DNA from: Nonlabens sp. | Lineage (GTDB): Bacteria; Bacteroidota; Bacteroidia; Flavobacteriales; Flavobacteriaceae | Direction: 5' to 3' | Assembly (NCBI GenBank): GCA_020630715.1 | Contig: JAHDIQ010000010.1 | Coordinates: 71,883 to 135,882 of the forward strand | Length of the DNA: 64,000 bases | Shown here: positions 48,031 to 59,469 of the stretch, in pieces | How positions within the stretch are numbered: position 1 is the first letter of the stretch | How the letters are laid out: each line of letters starts with the position of its first letter | Translations under genes and position numbers: made by a program | The notes under the pieces: model-generated | Databases searched by the model: none | What the model saw: the letters and a program-made list of their open reading frames with translations, nothing else | Told to the model about the DNA's origin: nothing

Positions 48031-48747
48031 TTATTTCAAATCAAAAATACTTTCTACCGCAGGATAACGCTCTGCTATAAATCCTTCTCCATATTCCGTG
48101 CCTATATAACGTCCCATATTTGCAGCACGATACTTTATAGAATCAAAGAAATTTTTATTACTAATAGGTGTTTGAGGCTCATCAGAATCTGGATCAAAAA
48201 ACTGTGAGCTATAAGCTTTTACAGATTCTATTTTTAGGTCCATGTAACCTGTAATATCCACGATGAAATCTGGTTCCATATCCTGCCATTGTATATAGTG
48301 ATAGACATGCTTAGGTCTACAGGCTTCTTGTGGTTTACCGTCTAGGGTTGTTACTATCTTAGGTAAACCGGATAGAAAACATGCTTTACTGGTAAGTTTG
48401 CTGCCTTTTCCATGATCTGGATGGCGATCATACACTGCATTGCACAATACAATTTCTGGTCTGTATTTACGGATACGCTTAATGATTTCTAGCTGGTGCG
48501 CTTCATCATCTATAAAAAAACCATCCTTAAAAGATAGGTTTTCACGAACTGATAAATTTAAGATTGCAGCCGCCTTTGCAGCTTCTTGATCTCGAATTGT
48601 AGCACTGCCTCGTGTTCCTAATTCACCTCTGGTAAGATCTAAAACGCCTGTTTTTTTTCCTGCTGCTGCTTCTTTGGCCAGTACGCCACTACAACTTAAT
48701 TCTACATCATCAGGATGTGCGCCTATGGCTAGTATGTCTAATTTCAT
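48031..48747 (-). CDS. bshB1: Bacillithiol biosynthesis deacetylase BshB1 (LmbE/PIG-L family)
   Basis: 238 aa. ILAIGAHPDDVELSCSG, HPDHGK. Typical BshB1 length. Confidence 0.8.
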   Translation of the reverse strand: MKLDILAIGAHPDDVELSCSGVLAKEAAAGKKTGVLDLTRGELGTRGSATIRDQEAAKAAAILNLSVRENLSFKDGFFIDDEAHQLEIIKRIRKYRPEIVLCNAVYDRHPDHGKGSKLTSKACFLSGLPKIVTTLDGKPQEACRPKHVYHYIQWQDMEPDFIVDITGYMDLKIESVKAYSSQFFDPDSDEPQTPISNKNFFDSIKYRAANMGRYIGTEYGEGFIAERYPAVESIFDLK

Positions 48748-49907
48748 GAATCTAAAGTATTACTTTTTTTAATGGCGCGTTTGATATCTGCCTTTAAAAC
48801 ACTCACTTCTTCTATCCCTACTGAAAATCGTAACAGTCTGTCAGAGATTCCTTGATCTGTTCGTTGATCTGCGGTTAATAAACTGTGTGACGTTACTGCT
48901 GGTGCTAGAATGGTGCTTTCTACACCAGCAAGACTTAAGGCTACTTTTATGGTTTTTAAGTGACTTACAAATTGCTCATGATTGATACTCTTATCCAGTT
49001 CAAAGGATAACATTCCACCATAGTCATTCATCTGTTTTTTGGCCAGTTTGTGATCTGGATGTGATTTTAAACCTGGATAATTCACTTGTGTTACCTGTGG
49101 ATGTTTCTCAAGGAATTTAGCTAGTTTTTTAGCGTTTTTAGTTTGTCGCTGTACGCGCAATCCTAGTGTTTTTATACTGCGTTCCAGCATCCATGCAGTT
49201 TGGTCACTTATGCTTCCGCCGTAGTTTTTTGCTGTTTTCCAGATGTGATGGATGTAATCCTTACTAGCGCAAACTACACCAGCAGTGATGTCACTGTGAC
49301 CACCTAAATATTTTGTAGCACTATGAATGACTAGGTCTATGCCATGATCTGCAGGATTTTGATTGATAGGTGACGCAAATGTGTTGTCTATTGCGGTGAT
49401 GATGGATTTCGCTTTCGCGAAAGCGGAAACACCACCAATATCAGTAATTTTAAGCAACGGATTACTAGGAGTTTCTATGTAGATCATTTTGGTGTGATCC
49501 GTACAAGATTGAGCAAGCGTTTCTTCATTAATGTCTGAAAGAAAAGTGTAATTGATTCCGGTTTTTTCAAACTCGGCAGTTACAAAATGGCTGGTGCCGC
49601 CATAAATAGATTCTTGTAAAATGATATGATCGCCCGTTTTAAGGTAGGTCATAAAAACCGCGCTGATTGCGGCCATACCACTGGCAAAAATTAATCCAGC
49701 TTCCGTATGTTCTAGAGCAGCCATTTTTTGTGCTAGCGCTACCTGATTAGGCGTATTCATATATCGCGGATACAGGTTAGTTCCATCACTACGATAGTCA
49801 TAAGCTGTTGAGGTATAGATAGGTGCCGTCGCGCCACCGTAAATAGGATCTTTTAATTCGCCAGCATGAACACACGTGGTATGAATGGATCTTTTCTTTG
49901 AACTCAT
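48744..49907 (-). CDS. PLP-dependent trans-sulfuration enzyme (cystathionine gamma-synthase / beta-lyase / methionine gamma-lyase family)
   Basis: 387 aa. IHSATKYLGGHSD (PLP lysine), DNTFASP. 4-nt overlap with bshB1. Contains palindrome copy 49410..49425. Confidence 0.85.
   Translation of the reverse strand: MSSKKRSIHTTCVHAGELKDPIYGGATAPIYTSTAYDYRSDGTNLYPRYMNTPNQVALAQKMAALEHTEAGLIFASGMAAISAVFMTYLKTGDHIILQESIYGGTSHFVTAEFEKTGINYTFLSDINEETLAQSCTDHTKMIYIETPSNPLLKITDIGGVSAFAKAKSIITAIDNTFASPINQNPADHGIDLVIHSATKYLGGHSDITAGVVCASKDYIHHIWKTAKNYGGSISDQTAWMLERSIKTLGLRVQRQTKNAKKLAKFLEKHPQVTQVNYPGLKSHPDHKLAKKQMNDYGGMLSFELDKSINHEQFVSHLKTIKVALSLAGVESTILAPAVTSHSLLTADQRTDQGISDRLLRFSVGIEEVSVLKADIKRAIKKSNTLDS
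49410..49425. repeat. Palindrome family copy 12 (16/16)
   Basis: Inside the trans-sulfuration enzyme CDS. Read on the minus strand as S-A-F-A-K-A-K. Confidence 0.95.
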
Positions 49908-50012
49908 AAATGAAAGATTAAGCTACTAAATTACCGTATTCTTTGTTAAGTTTTTCTCAAACTCATTGCGTTGTCATTGTCTGGATTCTAGCTAAAATAG
50001 TATCTTCACGAC

Positions 50013-51251
50013 ATGTCATTACTTATTACTAATATCAAGGAATTATTGCAGGTAAGAGCCACCACCTCATTACCGCTAAGAGGTGAAGCAATGAATGAGG
50101 TTCCTAGTATCAAAAATGCTTTTTTACTGACTACAAATGGTCGTATTACAGCCTATGGTGCGATGGAAAATATACCAGAAAACTATCGTGATTATGAGAT
50201 TATCGATGGTTCAGACTATTTAATAGGTCCTGGATATGTGGATTCACATACACATCTGGTTTTTGCAGCGACGCGAGAAAAAGAGTTTCAAGATCGTATT
50301 AATGGTCTTACTTATGAAGAAATTGCTACTCGTGGCGGTGGAATTTTAAACAGCGCTGCAAAACTAGCAGGAATGAATGAGGATGAATTGTTTAAAGATG
50401 CGCTAACGCGATTAGAATTACTAAACTCATTAGGAACTACAACGGTTGAAATAAAAAGTGGTTATGGTCTTAGTCTACAAGCAGAGCTAAAAATGCTTAG
50501 AGTTATCAAAAGACTAAAGCAAGAAACTAATTTACATATTAAAGCTACTTTTTTAGGAGCGCATGCTATTCCTATGGCTTATAAAAATGATCGTAAGGTA
50601 TACATAGATTTGATTATTAATGAAATGCTTCCTGCGATTAACAAGGATCAATTAGCAGATTATATAGATGTCTTTTGTGAGAAAAATTACTTTACCGTTG
50701 ATGAAATGCTACAGATTATCACTGCAGGGAAATCGTATGGTCTAAAGGCAAAAGTTCACGTGAATCAGTTTAATGTTATAGGCGCGGTAACTGCTGCGGT
50801 AAAGGTGGATTCTGTGAGTGTAGATCATCTAGAAGTGATGAATCCAGAGGATTATAATGCTCTAGCTGGCAGTAACACCATAGCAACGGCATTGCCTAGT
50901 TGTAGTTTCTTTTTAGGGATTCCTTACGCGCCAGTTACAGATATGATTTCACGAAATATTGCTGTAGCGCTAGCTACAGATTTTAATCCAGGAAGTACAC
51001 CTAGCGGTAATATGAATTATGTGTTTTCTCTGGCGTGTATTAAAATGGGAATGACGGTAGAGCAGGCTTATAACGCCTTAACTATAAACGCATCACATGC
51101 AATAGAATTACAAGATGAGGTAGGAAGTATTACGGTAGGTAAACGCGCAGATTTGGTTTTTTATAAAGACATCGATTCTCTCGCTACGATTCCGTATCAT
51201 TTTGGTCATTCTACGATTCACAAAGTGATGATTAACGGTAAATTTAAATAG
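50013..51251 (+). CDS. hutI: Imidazolonepropionase
   Basis: 412 aa. GYVDSHTHLVFA, EIKSGYGL, ALATDFNPGS. Confidence 0.9.
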   Translation: MSLLITNIKELLQVRATTSLPLRGEAMNEVPSIKNAFLLTTNGRITAYGAMENIPENYRDYEIIDGSDYLIGPGYVDSHTHLVFAATREKEFQDRINGLTYEEIATRGGGILNSAAKLAGMNEDELFKDALTRLELLNSLGTTTVEIKSGYGLSLQAELKMLRVIKRLKQETNLHIKATFLGAHAIPMAYKNDRKVYIDLIINEMLPAINKDQLADYIDVFCEKNYFTVDEMLQIITAGKSYGLKAKVHVNQFNVIGAVTAAVKVDSVSVDHLEVMNPEDYNALAGSNTIATALPSCSFFLGIPYAPVTDMISRNIAVALATDFNPGSTPSGNMNYVFSLACIKMGMTVEQAYNALTINASHAIELQDEVGSITVGKRADLVFYKDIDSLATIPYHFGHSTIHKVMINGKFK

Positions 51252-51257
51252 TGTACA

Positions 51258-52256
51258 ATGACTTATTTTGACCACTTAACTAGAGATTCTTTACTTGCTT
51301 ATTGTGGCAAACGCTACAGGTTAAATGACGCACATTCACAATCACCTGAAGATGAAGCTCAAGTTTATGGACAGCAAATCGAAGTTGTTGAGAATTGGGA
51401 ACAACTAAAAAATCTCACCGCAGATTATGTCGTTTTAGGAATTCCAGAAGATATAGGTGTACGCGCTAATATGGGAAGACCTGGCGCAAATGAAGGCTGG
51501 GATGAATTTTTAGGATCGTTTCTAAATCTACAACATACTAGTATCAATGATGCTTCTCGTTTTTCAATTGCCGGATCTGTTCATGTAGCAGATTTATTAA
51601 AGAAAGCATCACTACTAGATGCTGGTATCCATAAGGATCGGATGGAGTTGAGTAGCATGGTAAATGAATTAGACTTTCGCGTAAGCAAAGCTATTTCAAC
51701 CATCATCCAGCACCATAAAATTCCGGTAGTTATAGGTGGTGGACATAACAATTGCTATCCTATTATTAATTCCTTTGATAACATCGATGTGATTAATATC
51801 GATGCGCACACAGATTTACGTACGCCATCTGGTAGACATAGTGGTAATGGTTTTAGTCATGCGTTAAAACATGGTTCATTGAATCGTTACTTTATTATCG
51901 GGTTACAGTCTAATTATTTAAGTCAACCTATGCTGGATCAATTAGAACATAATGATCAATTAGGTTATGGACAATTAGGAGATCCTATTAAAACGCAAAT
52001 TAATAATGCTATAGATCATATAGATCCTGCTAATTACGGATTAGAGATTGACATGGATGTAGTGCGAGATTTCCCTAGTAGTGCACAATCACCAGTAGGT
52101 TACAGTTTTAACGAATTGCGAGAGATGATTGTCGATATTATAGAGCAATCTGGAAGTAAGCCTAAATACATTCATATTAGTGAAGCGTCACCAAAATACG
52201 GTTACAAGAACCAAGTAGGAAAAGCGCTGGCAACGCTAGTAAATGATTTAAAATAA
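51258..52256 (+). CDS. hutG: Arginase-family ureohydrolase, probable formimidoylglutamase
   Basis: 332 aa. GGGHN, INIDAHTDLR, DMDVV (Mn-binding motifs). Adjacent to hutI. Confidence 0.7.
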   Translation: MTYFDHLTRDSLLAYCGKRYRLNDAHSQSPEDEAQVYGQQIEVVENWEQLKNLTADYVVLGIPEDIGVRANMGRPGANEGWDEFLGSFLNLQHTSINDASRFSIAGSVHVADLLKKASLLDAGIHKDRMELSSMVNELDFRVSKAISTIIQHHKIPVVIGGGHNNCYPIINSFDNIDVINIDAHTDLRTPSGRHSGNGFSHALKHGSLNRYFIIGLQSNYLSQPMLDQLEHNDQLGYGQLGDPIKTQINNAIDHIDPANYGLEIDMDVVRDFPSSAQSPVGYSFNELREMIVDIIEQSGSKPKYIHISEASPKYGYKNQVGKALATLVNDLK

Positions 52257-52263
52257 ATAAGTT

Positions 52264-53031
52264 ATGAGAAATTTATGGATTGTAGGATTAGTGTTTCTCG
52301 CACTATGGAGTTGTAAAGAGGAAAAGTCTACAGAGGCAGTACCAGATATCGTAGTTACTGGATCTTATGAACCAGATTTAAAAATCATTCCTATTTCCCA
52401 TGCGACTTTTGTAATGGAATGGGATGGAACCGTGTTTTATATCGATCCTACTGGTGGTGCTAGTGCTTTTAAGAATATGCCAGATGAAGATGTCATTCTA
52501 GTGACAGATATTCATGGCGATCACATGAGTAAGGAAACTTTAGGAATGGTAAGAGGTGAGCAGACTATTCTAATTGTTCCAGAAGCGGTAAATGAGAAAA
52601 TTAAAGATGAACAATCTGGCGCAGAAGTGTTACATAACGATCAGTCTACAGGATTTGATGGCTTTAAAGTAACAGCTGTACCCATGTATAATCTTACAGA
52701 AGATCGTTTGAAATTTCATAAAAAGGGTAGAGGTAACGGTTACATTATTGAAAAAAATGGATATCGAGTGTATATTTCTGGAGATACAGAAGACATTCCA
52801 GAGATGCGTGCTTTAGAAGATATAGACATCGCATTTGTGTGCATGAATTTACCTTATACCATGACCGTAGAGCAAGCGGCTAGTGCGGTGCTGGAATTTA
52901 CACCTAATAAGGTATATCCATATCATTATCGTGGTACTAACGGATTATCAGATGTGGTCGCCTTTAAAAACTTAATTACATCTTCTAATGATGCAATTGA
53001 AGTGGTTCAATTAGACTGGTATTCTAATTAG
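52264..53031 (+). CDS. MBL-fold metallo-hydrolase lipoprotein
   Basis: 255 aa. Lipobox LWSC. VTDIHGDH (HxHxDH-type motif). Confidence 0.7.
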   Translation: MRNLWIVGLVFLALWSCKEEKSTEAVPDIVVTGSYEPDLKIIPISHATFVMEWDGTVFYIDPTGGASAFKNMPDEDVILVTDIHGDHMSKETLGMVRGEQTILIVPEAVNEKIKDEQSGAEVLHNDQSTGFDGFKVTAVPMYNLTEDRLKFHKKGRGNGYIIEKNGYRVYISGDTEDIPEMRALEDIDIAFVCMNLPYTMTVEQAASAVLEFTPNKVYPYHYRGTNGLSDVVAFKNLITSSNDAIEVVQLDWYSN

Positions 53032-53117
53032 CTTTTTTGTTTCATATTTTTGTTAATTAGTTTAACATTAACAAGTCGATTTATGCTAAACTTTTAATTT
53101 TAAATAAATTAGAAGTT

Positions 53118-53354
53118 ATGAAATCAAAAGCGATAAGATGGTTATGGTATGCCACCATAATTTTAGTAATCCTAGCGGTGATGTCTTCTTACAACGTTTC
53201 CTTTAAATGGGTGTTTTCATTGACGGTAATAGGTCATGCTGTTTTGATTTACATGGTTTATGCAGTGCTAACAGATAACTACAAGACAGATCTTACCTTT
53301 AAAGATGGTTATCAAGATAGACCTCTTAAGGTAGAGCCAGAAGATTATAGATAG
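53118..53354 (+). CDS. Small membrane protein (2 TM)
   Basis: 78-aa ORF with two hydrophobic helices. Confidence 0.4.
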   Translation: MKSKAIRWLWYATIILVILAVMSSYNVSFKWVFSLTVIGHAVLIYMVYAVLTDNYKTDLTFKDGYQDRPLKVEPEDYR

Positions 53355-53416
53355 TATCTATCTAAATTTTATTCCCTAAATGAAAATTTTTTGATTGCAA
53401 TTAATTAACAGATCAG

Positions 53417-54931
53417 TTAGAATCTCATAAAGCCGTATTTATATTCTACGTTGCTGCGCGCTCTAATTAAATATCTTCCATCGCCTACATCGTAAATAGA
53501 ACTGGTGTCTAGGTCAAAAGCTTCATCTCTATCAACACCTATTCCAGCCGCCATTAAGGCTTCGTTTTTCACTAGTTTTCCATCTGCAGCTATAACGTCG
53601 TGAATAGGAAATCTTTTTAATAAAGGAACACGTACTTTACCTTTTCTTAAATCCCTTGTTTCATTATATAATAAATGTAATTGATCGTCTTTTACAAAAG
53701 AGAGGACTGAAAGGTACGCACCATTATCATTACGAGTGTTAGGTTCATTTGTATCAATAAGGTTTAAATACTGTAAATCACCATTTGCAGTATTAATTCT
53801 AGCGATAACAAAACCATTATTTAAATACGTGTAATCATAAGTAAATGCTGTCGCACCAGCCTGACCAGATTTTGATTTCTTATCAATTTGCGCGCGATCC
53901 ATTATTACCCAGTAAAAATCATCCATCACGTGAATATCTTTAATTGAAAGATTAGAAATATTCTGATCAAAGTCGTTGCGCATATCATAAACTAATTGAC
54001 CTGAACTGTCAAATTTCAATAACAGTAAACCCGTTGCCGTTACTCCAGAATTACGTCCAGAATAATCTAAACTAATGGAGAAAAAGGTAGAATTATCACT
54101 TGTTAGTATGCCAGTAAACACAAAGTTATCATCTTGAAAACTTCCATTAAATTGTGCAATTTGATAATTATCATCTTGTTTTAATTCAATGGTATTAATC
54201 TCATCATTTTCTGGATTCCAGTGATAGATGTTTTTAGTAGGTTTTTGCTTCTTTAAGTTGATGCTTTTAACAATGTAAACTTGACCAGAATCACTTACAA
54301 AGATTTCATTGTGCCTACTTCTCTTACCTACAAAAGGAAAGGTGAAACTTTTTGATTTCACCACATTCTTATCCTTATCTAGCAAGTATAGGTCGATTTT
54401 TTCTGCTTGTTTCTTAACATAAGGTTGCTCTACAATAACAGCATAATGGTTTTTTGAATCGCTTTGTGTGATTTCAAAATCACCAGATTTTGTCATACTT
54501 AAAGCTTGTAATGTCGCGATTTCACTATACTCACCTAAGGAACCATCTTTAACGTTAGTGCTTTGCCAGCTTAAGGTGTTTTTCTTAGTCTTTTTATCGT
54601 AATAAGATGAAAACAGTACAAAGTCCGTACTGTTTTCTTGAAATAGTGATTCATAATCTCTACGATAACCAAATTCCTTTACAGGTTCTACCTCAATAGA
54701 CATAGATCCCATTTGTTCTAGATCATTAGGATTTAAAAAATCAACATCTAGTTGTCTGTTGAATTTTTTAGAGTCGTAATATTCTGTGAGTTTGTAAACT
54801 TTATCATCTACTACATAGGATAATGTCGCATCCTGCTCATCTGTAATTCCATAAGGATAACCCCATGTAAAACTTTGTGCCATCGATAGCGATCCAGATA
54901 ATAAAATAAAGGTAGCTAGTAAATGTTTCAT
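53417..54931 (-). CDS. Secreted hypothetical protein
   Basis: The start is moved to MKHLLATFILLSGSLSMAQS (ATG at 54931). This removes the overlap with the upstream gene, leaving a 4-nt gap. No motif recognised. Confidence 0.55.
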   Translation of the reverse strand: MKHLLATFILLSGSLSMAQSFTWGYPYGITDEQDATLSYVVDDKVYKLTEYYDSKKFNRQLDVDFLNPNDLEQMGSMSIEVEPVKEFGYRRDYESLFQENSTDFVLFSSYYDKKTKKNTLSWQSTNVKDGSLGEYSEIATLQALSMTKSGDFEITQSDSKNHYAVIVEQPYVKKQAEKIDLYLLDKDKNVVKSKSFTFPFVGKRSRHNEIFVSDSGQVYIVKSINLKKQKPTKNIYHWNPENDEINTIELKQDDNYQIAQFNGSFQDDNFVFTGILTSDNSTFFSISLDYSGRNSGVTATGLLLLKFDSSGQLVYDMRNDFDQNISNLSIKDIHVMDDFYWVIMDRAQIDKKSKSGQAGATAFTYDYTYLNNGFVIARINTANGDLQYLNLIDTNEPNTRNDNGAYLSVLSFVKDDQLHLLYNETRDLRKGKVRVPLLKRFPIHDVIAADGKLVKNEALMAAGIGVDRDEAFDLDTSSIYDVGDGRYLIRARSNVEYKYGFMRF

Positions 54932-54935
54932 AGAA

Positions 54936-55505
54936 TTAACCTTCGCACTGTTCATTATACTCATCTACAATTTTCTCTAGAGATAGTAAACGATAACCTT
55001 TTTGCTTGTTTTTCACCTTATTGTAAAGCTCTTTATTGTCTTTAACAAGCGCACTCATTCTTTTTGCAAATCCCATTACAAATGTTTGAGCACTTACAGC
55101 TTCACCATTAACGCGCAGTACGATCTCACCTTCCCATGCGCGATCTTCATAATTATACTTGCGCCAGCTCATCATTTCCATACATCCATCTTTACCTACG
55201 GCTAGGAATTTAGTATCTCTCATAATGACTGCTTTAAAATTACAAGAACGATATTCTACGCCTGCAACTTTGTAACCTTTGATGTTTTTAGGTTTGAATT
55301 TAGATTTTTTAGCCTTTCTATCTTCTTTAAAGATCACTTTTTCATAGCGCTCAGATTCATCTAAATGCTGGATGTAGCCACGTACGCGTTCTCCGTCATT
55401 GTTAACGATATAGCCTTCGTAGTAATCTCCTATGCGATATTCTTGATCTTGTGCATAGCTTGTTGTAGCAGTAAATAATAAGGCTAATAGTAATATATAT
55501 TTCAT
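54936..55505 (-). CDS. Secreted hypothetical protein
   Basis: 189 aa. Signal peptide MKYILLLALLFTATTSYAQ. Confidence 0.55.
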   Translation of the reverse strand: MKYILLLALLFTATTSYAQDQEYRIGDYYEGYIVNNDGERVRGYIQHLDESERYEKVIFKEDRKAKKSKFKPKNIKGYKVAGVEYRSCNFKAVIMRDTKFLAVGKDGCMEMMSWRKYNYEDRAWEGEIVLRVNGEAVSAQTFVMGFAKRMSALVKDNKELYNKVKNKQKGYRLLSLEKIVDEYNEQCEG

Positions 55506-55590
55506 AATATAAAATTTGATTCATCATGGCTATTCAATCATAATGCCATGATTGCAAATGTAAGCTAATTAGGGAATTGTGGATGATGAG

Positions 55591-55612
55591 TTACGCTTTC
55601 GCGAAAGCGTAA
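55591..55612. repeat. Palindrome family copy 13 (perfect 22-bp palindrome)
   Basis: Intergenic, 3 nt downstream of the stop of 55615..56016 and 86 nt upstream of the start of 54936..55505. Confidence 0.95.
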
Positions 55613-55614
55613 TT

Positions 55615-56016
55615 CTAACCAAAAAACACTTCATGAAGATACCTACCAGGACTTAAGGTAAAACCACCGGCGATCATAATTGCGCCTACATAAAGCATGA
55701 TCATTTTAATCTTATGACGTCGTATTTGCCCTTTTTTAACAGCAATTAGCGCTGTAGGAATAGAATATAAAGTAAGGAAACTGAATAAATGAATCCATCC
55801 AAAGTGACCCAGAAATTGCGGTCCTACTAAGGCTGGTAAAAATAAAGATGCGATTGCGGTAAACATCATTAATGACATATAGATTTTACCTAATAGTTTA
55901 TGTATACGGTCACCTTTTCTAAATAGTAATAAATAAGCGCCTAGAAATATACATGGTACCACAGTTGCAAGATGTGAATACATGATGATGTTGTATGTGG
56001 AACTGTATAAGGCCAT
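55615..56016 (-). CDS. Four-TM membrane protein, family unassigned
   Basis: 133-aa hydrophobic ORF. Confidence 0.5.
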   Translation of the reverse strand: MALYSSTYNIIMYSHLATVVPCIFLGAYLLLFRKGDRIHKLLGKIYMSLMMFTAIASLFLPALVGPQFLGHFGWIHLFSFLTLYSIPTALIAVKKGQIRRHKIKMIMLYVGAIMIAGGFTLSPGRYLHEVFFG

Positions 56017-56116
56017 GATTTACTTTTTACTAAATATAATAGCTTTTAAGGATATACAAATAAATACTTTAACTCAACTGTCATAAATAATGACTTAATT
56101 GTTGAATGATGCACAC

Positions 56117-56151
56117 AAAAAAATCCTGATAGGTTTGCTATCAGGATTTTT
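56117..56151 (-). terminator. Rho-independent (bidirectional-looking) terminator of icd
   Basis: AAAAATCCTGATAG / CTATCAGGATTTTT stem, 5-nt loop, with an A-run on one side and a T-run on the other. 23 nt after the icd stop. Confidence 0.8.
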
Positions 56152-56173
56152 GTTGTTAGGTTGTATTTCTATG

Positions 56174-58405
<2,232 letters not shown>

Positions 58406-58535
58406 TTAGGTTAATCGAGGTAAAAACGTTGATTTTTTACCAGAAATACAAATATACGTTTCAATAAGGAGTCTTTAAAGTAAAAAGGTTGAAGAATCCT
58501 ACTTACTTTAACGATTTCGTTAATAATAATGTAAC

Positions 58536-58564
58536 AAAAAAAGACCGCTGAAAAAGCGGTCTTT
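58536..58564 (-). terminator. Rho-independent terminator of rplS
   Basis: On the minus strand: AAAGACCGCT-TTTTC-AGCGGTCTTT followed by a T-run. 23 nt after the rplS stop. Confidence 0.8.
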
Positions 58565-58586
58565 ATAATAACTATAAAAAGTAAGA

Positions 58587-58940
58587 TTACTTTCTACGAG
58601 CTTCTTTGATACGGGCTTTTTTACCAGTAAGTTCTCTGAAGTAGTAGATACGTTTTCTACGTACAGCACCTTTCTTGTTGATTTCAATTTTTTGAATCGC
58701 TGGTAAGTTTACAGGGAAGATTCTCTCTACACCTACGTTACCACTCATTTTTCTAATCGTGAATGTTTTAGTTGCTCCAGTACCACGTACTTGAATCACT
58801 ACACCGCGGAAAAACTGCGTACGGCTTTTTTCACCTTCTTTAATTTCGTAATAAACAGTAATCGTATCACCAGCACTGAATTCTGGAAGATCTTTTCTGG
58901 TTATAAATTCGTCTTGTACGAACTTTACTAAATCTGACAT
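58587..58940 (-). CDS. rplS: 50S ribosomal protein L19
   Basis: The start is moved to MSDLVKFVQDEF (ATG at 58940). FSAGDTITVYYEIKEGEKSRTQFFRGVVIQ is the classic L19 core. Confidence 0.95.
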   Translation of the reverse strand: MSDLVKFVQDEFITRKDLPEFSAGDTITVYYEIKEGEKSRTQFFRGVVIQVRGTGATKTFTIRKMSGNVGVERIFPVNLPAIQKIEINKKGAVRRKRIYYFRELTGKKARIKEARRK

Positions 58941-59065
58941 ATTATTATGACTTAATCTGTTATGTAAATAGCCAACGTTCACGATTCTCGCCAGAGGTTG
59001 AATTTTACGAGGTGCAAAAATACAAACTTATCAGTATGCTACAAAGATTTATAGAATAAAATATC

Positions 59066-59425
59066 CTACTGGACAATAAGCTTCTTTACTAGGTTAGAAG
59101 TAGTCGTATTTACTCTGATAAAATAAATACCGGATGCAAGGTCAGATATATCTAGGTTAATCGTTTTAGAAACAACGCTTGCTTTTCTAGCATATACCTG
59201 ATTACCTAAAGAATTAATAATAGAAATAGTCACGTTAGGATTACTAATATGATCAAAACGTAATTGCAACTTACCGTTCTTTACCGGATTAGTCACCACG
59301 GTAAAAGCATCATCATTATCTACTACTGGAGTTATCACTTCATACTGATCTACTACCATACCTGTTGCAAATGCAACTGGTGTGATTAAACAGGTAAATA
59401 GAAGTATAAGTAGTAGTTTTTTCAT
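59066..59425 (-). CDS. Very small T9SS substrate: signal peptide + ~25 aa + type-A C-terminal sorting domain
   Basis: 119 aa. Signal peptide MKKLLLILLFTCLITPVAFA. C-terminus ISIINSLGNQVY...LASGIYFIRVNTTTSNLVKKLIVQ. Confidence 0.7.
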   Translation of the reverse strand: MKKLLLILLFTCLITPVAFATGMVVDQYEVITPVVDNDDAFTVVTNPVKNGKLQLRFDHISNPNVTISIINSLGNQVYARKASVVSKTINLDISDLASGIYFIRVNTTTSNLVKKLIVQ

Positions 59426-59469
59426 AGTATTTCAATAGCAATTTAATACATTTTATCGATATATAAACG

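Noticed and set aside
49908-50012. A riboswitch upstream of the trans-sulfuration gene, or other long leaders (4266-4608, 42712-43027).
   Set aside because: The 105-nt divergent spacer is too short for a SAM riboswitch plus two promoters. I could not recognise conserved riboswitch cores in the longer spacers.
51673-51688. Possible decayed palindrome copies: ACTTTCGCGTAAGCAA in hutG (51673-51688) and the half-site TGCGAAAGCGA at about 20762-20772.
   Set aside because: These are only 12/16 identity or a single half-site, which cannot be distinguished from chance by eye. They are not counted among the 14 copies.
58941-58982. N-terminal extensions of rplS (58941-58982) and of the membrane protein 62538.. 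(63201-63359).
   Set aside because: L19 homologues start at MSDLVKF. For the membrane protein, the ATG at 63200 gives an ATGA overlap with the upstream gene, and the extension would overlap that gene by 160 nt.
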